A stretch of DNA of 64,000 nt from Acutalibacteraceae bacterium (GTDB taxonomy: Bacteria; Bacillota; Clostridia; Oscillospirales; Acutalibacteraceae). The notes under the pieces were generated by a model, which was given only the letters and a program-made list of their open reading frames with translations, was not told the DNA's origin and searched no databases. The stretch lies in contig JBJFGF010000009.1 of the NCBI GenBank assembly GCA_051892415.1, positions 35,444 to 99,443 of the forward strand, read 5' to 3'. The position numbers were made by a program, and so were the translations under genes. Below are positions 56,491-64,000 of this stretch, one piece after another (the first letter of the stretch is position 1; every line of letters begins with the position of its first letter).

Positions 56491-56496
56491 CAAAGG

Positions 56497-56530
56497 TTAT
56501 CGGGGTTGTCAAATCAGACAGCCCCGATAA
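56497..56530. terminator. bidirectional intrinsic terminator
   Basis: 14-bp stem ttatcggggttgtc/gacagccccgataa (one G-U pair) between convergent genes. Confidence 0.75.
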
Positions 56531-56533
56531 TTA

Positions 56534-58189
56534 TTATATAAACTCTTTTAAATCATAAAACATACCCTTATATCTTCCGTTGAAGTCCTTTTCGCTTCTT
56601 TGGTTTACAACAAAAACTTGTTGACTTTTATACAGAATAGCAATTTTGTTAAGTTCCCCTGTATTTTCGGCAAAATGCTTTTTGACCTTCTTATAAAGAG
56701 GGTCTTTTCTTTTTAATATATCGGGAATCTGTAAAGCGGATGAACAGGAAAGCAAGTCACATACTAATGTTTCCCGGAGCCTTTCTTCATCGGCAAATTC
56801 TTTAAAATAGCAATATATTTGGGTCGCATAGTCGGAAAGGCTCATTTTGTTTCCGTCAACTGCATTGCCGAACTCGAAAAACAGTTTAAATGGCGTGAAA
56901 CCGCACTCTGTTAAGAGATAATCCAAAGTAAAAAGAAAACGTCCGCTGTTATACATTCGTTCCAATGCATCCTCGCACTTTTTTAAACTTTTTATTTCTT
57001 CATTTGAGAGCCACGGTGTTTCGGTAACCTCGTAGGGCGGAATGTCTTTAAACTCGCAAGGATATTTCTCCCTGTTCTCACGCATATCCGCTCCGTACAG
57101 GAGTTTTAAAAATCCCATCTGGAGCATATTTGCCTTTAGATTATAACCGATATTAAAACTCCGTTCAAAACTTGCCATATCCTCCCCTGTCAACCCCGCA
57201 ATCAGGTCGATATGTATATGCATATTGCCGAATGATATTAATTTTTTGATGTTTTCAATTAACTTTTTTGTATCGGTTTTTCGGTTTATGGCTTTAAGTG
57301 TATCTTCGTTAAAAGACTGCATTCCGATTTCAAGTTGAAACACACCTTTTGGGGCTTTTGAAAGAATTTCCATTGTACTCTCTTTTAGTATGTCCCCCGC
57401 TATTTCAAAGTGAAAGCATACGCCTTTAGGTATTTTCTTGCCGTAATTTGAAAGAATGAATTCTAAAATTTCATTTGCTCTGTCCGTCTTTGCGTTAAAA
57501 GTTCTGTCAACAAATTTAATTGTTTTTGTTCCGCTTACGGAAAGTTTTAATATATCGGCTTTCACCTTTTCCAAATCAAAGAAGCGTAAAGGCGAACACC
57601 TACCCGACAAACAGAAAGCACATCTGTAAGGGCATCCGCGACTTGTTTCTATATATGATATTCTACCGTTCAGATTATTAAAGAACTCGTCATTATAGGG
57701 TGATGGGGGTGTTTCGTTCCACTCCCTTTCGGGTACGGAAATAATATTGCCGTTTTCTCTGTAAGAAAGACCGCTCACAGAGGCTAAATCCCCATTACTG
57801 TTTACTGTATCAAGGAAAAGAGGTAATGTTTTTTCGCCCTCTCCCGAAAGCACAAAGTCAACATAGGAGTATTTCTCCAAAACGTCCTTTGGTCTGTAAG
57901 AAACTTCGGGACCACCGAGAATTACGGTGCAACCGATTTTCTCTTTCAAAATTTCGGATAGTTCTAAAGTTTTTTCTATATTCCAAATATATGAGCAAAA
58001 GGAAACAACATCGGGTTTTTCGACGGCAATTTGCTCTGCCAAAGTTAAAATATCACCGTTTATTGTGCTTTCCGTCACTTTTGCTTCAACGGATATTTTG
58101 GAGTTTGCCTTAATCCCCGAAAGCAAACACCACGGTGCTAAAGATGCGTGAACATATTTTGAATTAAGACAAACTATTATAACCTTCAA
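56534..58189 (-). CDS. B12-binding-domain radical SAM protein (DUF4080-type C-terminus)
   Basis: N-terminal cobalamin-binding-like domain (MKVIIVCLNSKYVHASLAP) and a radical SAM CPYRCAFC motif. Confidence 0.82.
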   Translation of the reverse strand: MKVIIVCLNSKYVHASLAPWCLLSGIKANSKISVEAKVTESTINGDILTLAEQIAVEKPDVVSFCSYIWNIEKTLELSEILKEKIGCTVILGGPEVSYRPKDVLEKYSYVDFVLSGEGEKTLPLFLDTVNSNGDLASVSGLSYRENGNIISVPEREWNETPPSPYNDEFFNNLNGRISYIETSRGCPYRCAFCLSGRCSPLRFFDLEKVKADILKLSVSGTKTIKFVDRTFNAKTDRANEILEFILSNYGKKIPKGVCFHFEIAGDILKESTMEILSKAPKGVFQLEIGMQSFNEDTLKAINRKTDTKKLIENIKKLISFGNMHIHIDLIAGLTGEDMASFERSFNIGYNLKANMLQMGFLKLLYGADMRENREKYPCEFKDIPPYEVTETPWLSNEEIKSLKKCEDALERMYNSGRFLFTLDYLLTECGFTPFKLFFEFGNAVDGNKMSLSDYATQIYCYFKEFADEERLRETLVCDLLSCSSALQIPDILKRKDPLYKKVKKHFAENTGELNKIAILYKSQQVFVVNQRSEKDFNGRYKGMFYDLKEFI

Positions 58190-58300
58190 AACAAATCCTC
58201 CGAATTATTTATCTGACTATATTTTAACACACTGATTAAAAAAATCAACCGACTGTTTTAGTTGAAAAATATTGACCTATTGACACGTTTTTCATCAATC

Positions 58301-58333
58301 TAAAAAGCACGCCCACCTTTTGGGTGGACGTGC
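58301..58333 (-). terminator. intrinsic terminator after the giant surface protein gene
   Basis: Minus-strand stem gcacgtccacc/ggtgggcgtgc (one mismatch), followed by UUUUU. Confidence 0.75.
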
Positions 58334-58340
58334 GCTCGGT

Positions 58341-59175
58341 TTAATACTTATCCTTTACCTGTAAACCGTTTGTGTTGTAGTAACCTTTGTTTGAATCCGA
58401 TATTGCGCGGACGGTGTATTTATAGGTTACGCCTTTCTTTGCGGATTTATCGGTGTAGGAAACGGTTGATCCGCTTGAGACTGTTTTAATCTTAGTCCAG
58501 CCCGACCATTTGCCGTTTGAATAAGTCTTGCGGTAAACCTCGTAACCCTTTGCACCGGTTACTTTGCCCCAGATTACTTTAATACCGTCTTTCTGTGAAA
58601 CGGCTGATTTAATGGATGCTACTGCAAGATATTTAATCTGCAAGCCGCTTGTATTGTAATAACCGATGTAATCGCCGCTTGTGGCTCTTACGGTGTATTT
58701 ATAATACTTACCGCTTGAAACCTTTGTATCATTGTAGTAAGTGTTTTTGGTTGTACCGATTTTTGACCAACCGCTCCACTTACCGTTGGAGTAGGTTTTG
58801 CGGTAAACGGTATAACTTGAAGCCCCTGTTACCTTACTCCACTTAACCGTTACCTTGCCCGAGCCGTTTGCAACGCTCGAAAGTTTCGGTGTTGAAAGGA
58901 ACTTGATTTTTAGTCCTGAGGAGTCGTAACTTCCCTTACCCGCTTCATTTACACCCCGAACGGTGTAAATGTAATATACACCCGATTTTGCAGTTGTGTC
59001 GGTGTAACTTGTGGCAGAACCGGAAACATCCGGTTTTATTGCGTTCCAACCTGACCATTTACCATCTGAATAAGACTTACGGTAAACGATATAACTGTCA
59101 GCACCGCTTGTTTTACCCCATGTTACCTTAACACCGCTGCCTGTGCTTTCAACCTTTGTAAGTTTCGGCGCGGCA
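58341..59175 (-). repeat. three tandem ~276-nt (about 92-aa) C-terminal coding repeats, Fn3-like
   Basis: Each unit repeats the pattern G.KV.W.K..GA..Y.VYRK.YS.GKWSGW...Y.D......Y.YTVR. Confidence 0.8.
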
Positions 59176-62100
59176 CATTTTAACTGTGGAATTATTTCTG
59201 TTTCAAGAACTTGACCGCATACGGTACATTCCTTATGCTTTGAGCCTGCGGCATTAACAGTTGCATTTTTATCGATAATCCAATCGGATGATTTATGACC
59301 CATAGCATTTATTTTACTGCCTGCTTTAACAACCGTTCCGCAATCGGTACAAACTGTATCTCCGGTATAGCCCGCTTCTGTGCAGGTTGCTTTTTTCGCA
59401 TTTATAACGGCTGTATTTATATGATTACATTCTAATGGAACGAACTCAAAGCCGTTATCCTTTGCATACTGCTCTGCTACGGAACCAACGTAACCCTTAA
59501 TAACGAAATCGGTAACTTTTAACGGATTGGAATAATTTTTCTCATAATAACCGAAAGCATACTCGCCTATTTCTTTTACGTTAGCGGGAATAGTAACAGA
59601 TTTAAGGTTAGTACAGGTGTAGAAAGCATACTCGTTTATGTATTCCACGCTTTCAGGAATTGTTACTTCGCTTAACTGGGAATTCTGTAATGCGTAAGCC
59701 GCAATTCCTCGGGTATTGGCTTTAATTTCCAACTTATCGGGGCAGTTTGCTTTGTAGCCGTAGAGGAAATTATCAAGATAAATAACTCCGTTGGGTTGGT
59801 CTGCGTACCATTTAGTTCCACTGAAGGAATGACCGCCCAAGTGTTGAAGATTTGCGGGTAAATCAACTTCCGCAAGACTTTCTGAACCAGCGAAAGCACG
59901 GTAGCCAATATCCGTAACAGTATCGGGAAGTTTAAGTGATGTAATTGCGGAGTATGCGAAACATTCATAAGGCACTTCTTTTAATCCGTCTGCAAAATTA
60001 ATTGTGTTAAGTGATTCGCAATCGTAGAACGCACCCGAACCCAATACTACATCCGGACTCTCAATTTCAACGGATTGCAAATTTGAGCATCCGCAAAATG
60101 CACTGTTTCCTATAGTTGCAACACTTTCGGGGATAGTTACAGCAGTAATTTTACCACAGTTACAGAAGGCATCATCTGCTACGGTTACCGCACCCTGTTT
60201 TATACTATAACTTCCGGAAATATTTTCGTCTGCTTCAATCAGGATATTATCTATATACAAGACTCCGTTAACCCAATTGGACTCGGCATTATAGTATGCC
60301 GTATTTTCAAAGGCGCATATTGCTACACTTGTCACACTGTCGGCAATTGATATTGAACTCAATTTTGTACAATCTTTAAAAGCAGCATAATCTATAGTTT
60401 TTACACCGTTGCTTATTGTTGCGGAGGTTAATTTTCCACAACCTCTGAACACATTGTAGCAAATTGTTTCAACACTGCCGGGGATAACTACGGATTCAAG
60501 TCCGCTGTATGCAAATACATCGGTTTCAATAGTCTGTAAGCCGTTATTAAGAGAAACTGTCTTGAGCGAAGTTGTATCACCGAATGCACGGTAACCTATG
60601 CTCCTAAGAGAAGCGGGCATCGAAATGCTCACAAGAGAAGTGCATCCTGCAAAGGCCTCGTGTTCAATTGATTCCAATTTGCTCGGGAGAGTCACACTCT
60701 TAAGTGCTGAACAACCTGCAAATGTTGCGTAGGAAATGCTTACAACACTTGAAGAAATATTTACACTTTCAAGAACACTGTTATTAAAGAATGCGCTTGA
60801 ATGAATTTCGTTTACTGTTGCGGGCATTGTGTAGTTTGCACTTACTTCCAATGTTGCTTTTATAACTCTTGTTTTATCAATGCTATAGAACACACCGTTT
60901 TCGTAAACAATGTAAGGATTGTTGCTGTCAACAACAATTGATGTTGCCTGTGAAAGGTCCGCATCTTCAAAATCCTGTTCCTTAAAGGTTGCAGGAATAT
61001 AAAGTTCACCGCTGAACTTATTGGGGATTTTTACAATTTCGGTTCTGTCCTTTGTATATAAAACTCCGTTATAAGATTCATAAGCGGTATTGCCCTCTTC
61101 AACAGTAATTGTTTCAAGTTCTTCGCAATTACTGAAAGCCTCACTTGAAATGCTTACAAGGGAAGCGGGAAGATTAACTGTTTTAATAAACCAAGGAATT
61201 ACATTATCGGACAATCCCACTACCGTGTAACCCTCAAGTTCATCGGGAATTTCAAGGGTTTCTCCTTCAAAACTACCCTTTACACCTGTAATATAGGCTT
61301 TTCCGTCAACAATGCTGTATCTTAAATGAGGATAAGCCGAATCGTAAACAACAACAGGAACCTGACAGGACGCACCCATGAATTTTACGGTTGCATAATA
61401 GGTTCCGACTTCAGTCCAAGGTGAAGTTTCCTGTGTATCAAAGTTGAAAATATTAGCATTCTCATAATCAAAATCAAAATAACCGTACTCGGAAACGAAC
61501 CTATCAACACTTCCGTCCTTGTATGTTACTTCTAAAACAGAACCTGAAGACTGATTGAAATAAGAGTATTTGAAAATTTCTTCATATTCATCAGTTTCAT
61601 GATTATATATATAATCAATATAACCGTCATACTCATAAACAACCCTGAAAGGTTCGGCAGGAATATAGTTTATTGAAGCAACAGGACTTTCCGTAACTGT
61701 AACAGGAACCTGACATTCCCTGCTCATATATGAAACGGTAGCATAATACGTACCCACATTTGTCCAGTGATTTTCGTACTGTGTATCGTCTATTGAATAA
61801 CCACGGATTTCATTACCGTTACTGTCACAAAAGCCCCTTTCATTTTCATCAAAGACATAGTCAACGGTGCTACCGTCGGTATAATTAACTCTTAATATGT
61901 TACCGACTTCATCAATTCTGTAACTGTAACTATACCTAAAGTAATATTCGTCTGCATGGGTTTCATAATCATACTTGGTATTCCAATAACCATTGGTTTC
62001 ATACATTACCTCAATAGGATTAAGTAAAACAAATTCTATTGACTCAACGGGATTTTCAATAATAGAAACAGTTACATTACACGTTCTGCTTATATAACCG

Positions 62101-63989
62101 ATTTCAATATTATACTGTCCCAAAGAATCCCAAGGGTCATTATACTGACTATCATCTACAGAAAAGCCCTCAAGAATATTGCCGTCCTTATCGCAGAAAT
62201 CCCAGCAATCTTCATAATAGGTGTAATCAACAGTTCTACCGTCGGAGTAATTAACTCTGAAAATATTGCCTTCTTGTCTTATGCTGTAACTGTATCTAAA
62301 GAACTCAACCCAAGAATCGCTTTGTTCGTCATATCTTTCCGAAACATAACCGTCAACCCCGCAAATCAATTCAATGGGCTTTGCAGGAATAAACTCTATG
62401 GACTCAACGGGATTTTCAATAACAAAAACGGGGACATTGCACGTTCTTCCCATACAGGAAAATTCCGCACTGTATTCGCCCAATGAACTCCAATGATTTG
62501 AATACTGGGTATCCCTTAAAGAATAACTCTCAAGTCTGTTTCCGTTTTCATCACGGAAGCCCCAATTATCAGTTGAAAATGTGTAATCCTTACTACTGCC
62601 GTCAGTGTAATTTACTCTCAAAACATTTCCGTTGCGTTCTATGCTGTAATCGTAATAGAAGAATTGAGATTCCTCACCGGTTTCATAGTTGTAGACATAC
62701 TCATTATAGCCGTCCACCTCGTAAACCAATTCAATTGGCTTTGCGGGAATGAATTCGATTGACTCAACAGGGTTCTCAACAATTTCTACATAATATTCAG
62801 CCGAAACACCCAGGTACTCAACGGTTACAGGATAGGAGTTACCTACGGTCCAATCCGTGTCAACTTGGTCTGCGGAGTAACAAATACTGTGTCTATGATT
62901 CAAATAAGTTTCGTAGCCGTATTCCGGAGCCTCTCCGAATGTATAAACCATACTTCTTCCATCGTAAGAAGAATATGAATAATCATTGTTTTGAAACCAT
63001 TCTTTTACATCGATTTGAGTGCCATCCTTATAATGAATGACTAAATCCAGGTTATCAATAGAATACCCGTCTTTGTCTAAAGCCCAAATTTCAGTTGTTT
63101 CGTAATCGTAATGGGTAAGATTATTCTTAACTTCAATACGGTCAACGGGTGTTTCAACAACCGTAACATCAAAGGTTCCGGAATACTCAAAACCATTTGT
63201 ACATGTTACATTTACGGATACGGTGCCGGGAGCAGCAGTTGAATCCGCACATTCAAAAGACCAATCATTAATAAACCAATCGCATAATCCGTTATAAATA
63301 TTGGCTTTTTCATAAGAAATATCGTAATCGTATGAATAGCACATATCATAAACGAATTCTGTGCCGTTTTCAAATGTTATGAGAGCTTGGAATGCATTTG
63401 ATACACCCTCAAAGTTTGCATAGATATCTCTTACAACGGAAAGTTCGATGTTTTGGATTTTGCTGACATCGTATTCATTACCATCCGAAACATTGGTGTT
63501 TTGGGGACATACATCCGCCATGTACATAACTCGGAATACAATATTATCACCGCTGTAACTTAAAACAGTGCCTGTTTCATATTCCAAATCATACTCCGTC
63601 AGATACATATACGCGAAGAAATCCAAACTATCGTGGTAAGTCACACCACCGCAGTCATCCGAAGTGAAATCGCCGAAAGCAATTTTCGGGTCGCCGCAGT
63701 TATAGGACTCGACCACATAGTAACCTTCACCTGCACTAAGAATTTTGAAACTCGTGTCAGGTTCCGCCGTGTACCATATACCGCAAGTAACCGTACCGTC
63801 GCTTTCCAAATTTACCGGAGTGTCTATGTTTCCGTCAGCTTCTATGGTAACAGTCGGAGCGGAGATGTTGCCGCCGTCAATGGCAAAAGCAACAGTACTG
63901 CCGAATGTACCGAATACCAACAGAACAGAAAGCGCAGTACTCAGAACTTTTTTAAAAAGTTTTCCCAAGAATGAAGTTTCTGTTTTCAT
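58341..63989 (-). CDS. 1882-aa secreted multi-domain surface protein
   Basis: Signal peptide (LSVLLVFGTFGSTVAFA). N-terminal beta-rich region. Five ~120-aa repeats. BspA-type leucine-rich repeats (AF..C..L.S..IP.SV). Cys-rich module. Three C-terminal ~92-aa repeats. No LPXTG motif or TM anchor seen. Confidence 0.85.
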   Translation of the reverse strand: MKTETSFLGKLFKKVLSTALSVLLVFGTFGSTVAFAIDGGNISAPTVTIEADGNIDTPVNLESDGTVTCGIWYTAEPDTSFKILSAGEGYYVVESYNCGDPKIAFGDFTSDDCGGVTYHDSLDFFAYMYLTEYDLEYETGTVLSYSGDNIVFRVMYMADVCPQNTNVSDGNEYDVSKIQNIELSVVRDIYANFEGVSNAFQALITFENGTEFVYDMCYSYDYDISYEKANIYNGLCDWFINDWSFECADSTAAPGTVSVNVTCTNGFEYSGTFDVTVVETPVDRIEVKNNLTHYDYETTEIWALDKDGYSIDNLDLVIHYKDGTQIDVKEWFQNNDYSYSSYDGRSMVYTFGEAPEYGYETYLNHRHSICYSADQVDTDWTVGNSYPVTVEYLGVSAEYYVEIVENPVESIEFIPAKPIELVYEVDGYNEYVYNYETGEESQFFYYDYSIERNGNVLRVNYTDGSSKDYTFSTDNWGFRDENGNRLESYSLRDTQYSNHWSSLGEYSAEFSCMGRTCNVPVFVIENPVESIEFIPAKPIELICGVDGYVSERYDEQSDSWVEFFRYSYSIRQEGNIFRVNYSDGRTVDYTYYEDCWDFCDKDGNILEGFSVDDSQYNDPWDSLGQYNIEIGYISRTCNVTVSIIENPVESIEFVLLNPIEVMYETNGYWNTKYDYETHADEYYFRYSYSYRIDEVGNILRVNYTDGSTVDYVFDENERGFCDSNGNEIRGYSIDDTQYENHWTNVGTYYATVSYMSRECQVPVTVTESPVASINYIPAEPFRVVYEYDGYIDYIYNHETDEYEEIFKYSYFNQSSGSVLEVTYKDGSVDRFVSEYGYFDFDYENANIFNFDTQETSPWTEVGTYYATVKFMGASCQVPVVVYDSAYPHLRYSIVDGKAYITGVKGSFEGETLEIPDELEGYTVVGLSDNVIPWFIKTVNLPASLVSISSEAFSNCEELETITVEEGNTAYESYNGVLYTKDRTEIVKIPNKFSGELYIPATFKEQDFEDADLSQATSIVVDSNNPYIVYENGVFYSIDKTRVIKATLEVSANYTMPATVNEIHSSAFFNNSVLESVNISSSVVSISYATFAGCSALKSVTLPSKLESIEHEAFAGCTSLVSISMPASLRSIGYRAFGDTTSLKTVSLNNGLQTIETDVFAYSGLESVVIPGSVETICYNVFRGCGKLTSATISNGVKTIDYAAFKDCTKLSSISIADSVTSVAICAFENTAYYNAESNWVNGVLYIDNILIEADENISGSYSIKQGAVTVADDAFCNCGKITAVTIPESVATIGNSAFCGCSNLQSVEIESPDVVLGSGAFYDCESLNTINFADGLKEVPYECFAYSAITSLKLPDTVTDIGYRAFAGSESLAEVDLPANLQHLGGHSFSGTKWYADQPNGVIYLDNFLYGYKANCPDKLEIKANTRGIAAYALQNSQLSEVTIPESVEYINEYAFYTCTNLKSVTIPANVKEIGEYAFGYYEKNYSNPLKVTDFVIKGYVGSVAEQYAKDNGFEFVPLECNHINTAVINAKKATCTEAGYTGDTVCTDCGTVVKAGSKINAMGHKSSDWIIDKNATVNAAGSKHKECTVCGQVLETEIIPQLKCAAPKLTKVESTGSGVKVTWGKTSGADSYIVYRKSYSDGKWSGWNAIKPDVSGSATSYTDTTAKSGVYYIYTVRGVNEAGKGSYDSSGLKIKFLSTPKLSSVANGSGKVTVKWSKVTGASSYTVYRKTYSNGKWSGWSKIGTTKNTYYNDTKVSSGKYYKYTVRATSGDYIGYYNTSGLQIKYLAVASIKSAVSQKDGIKVIWGKVTGAKGYEVYRKTYSNGKWSGWTKIKTVSSGSTVSYTDKSAKKGVTYKYTVRAISDSNKGYYNTNGLQVKDKY
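61338..62777 (-). repeat. four tandem ~360-nt (120-aa) coding repeats within the surface protein
   Basis: Units start at 62777, 62417, 62057 and 61691, each opening with ENPVESIEF/ESPVASINY. A fifth, degenerate unit lies upstream (to about 63155). Confidence 0.85.
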
Positions 63990-64000
63990 TTTTATCCTCC

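Noticed and set aside
61338-63155. Repeat region of the giant gene as a recent duplication, a slippage hotspot or an assembly artefact
   Set aside because: The units differ extensively at synonymous positions and share only about 20-nt identical stretches. They are therefore old, individually maintained copies.

Overview
This window is a mostly core-chromosome segment of a low-GC Gram-positive, probably a Clostridia/Oscillospiraceae-like Firmicute. That placement is an inference from gene content and synteny; no search was run. I see no CRISPR array, transposase, integrase or phage module.

Gene content, in order:
- A 5'-truncated DUF4474-like gene and a metallophosphoesterase.
- An 8-gene minus-strand shikimate/phenylalanine operon (aminotransferase-pheA-aroB-aroC-aroE::aroK-aroQ-aroA-DAHP synthase), with overlapping gene junctions.
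- Small membrane and lipoprotein genes, a HAD hydrolase, nagB and nnrD.
- obg-mrnC-lepA.
- The conserved tig-clpP-clpX-lon-engB block.
- thrC, a DacB-like carboxypeptidase, and prmA-yhaM-tcdA.
- A SpoVD/FtsI-like PBP.
- A TVP38 / GHMP-kinase / GNAT / PLP-enzyme operon.
- A 2-hydroxyacid dehydrogenase, gap and greA.
- ftsE-ftsX-M23 peptidase.
- A PucR-type regulator, a pseudouridine synthase, DUF4830 and an orphan prepilin peptidase.
- A secreted alpha/beta hydrolase and mtaB.
- A four-tRNA cluster: Gly-UCC, Arg-UCU, His-GUG, Gln-UUG.
- A CrtI-like flavoprotein translationally coupled to an FNR/2Fe-2S reductase.
- A membrane-tethered XRE regulator and a B12/radical-SAM protein.
- A 1882-aa repeat-rich LRR surface protein.

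The signals most worth a second look are regulatory and lie outside the ORF track:
1. A 25-codon Phe/Tyr-rich leader ORF with a downstream intrinsic terminator, sitting between a consensus promoter and the aro/phe operon. This looks like ribosome-mediated attenuation.
2. A consensus promoter bracketed by GAAC-N4-GT(T/G)T sites (LexA-like, or Spo0A-box-like) driving a 92-aa single-pass membrane protein.
3. A terminator-like hairpin in the greA leader.
4. The flavoprotein plus Fe-S reductase pair of unknown substrate.
5. The modular architecture of the giant surface protein.

All functional calls rest on motif recognition by eye. No database search or RNA folding was run.
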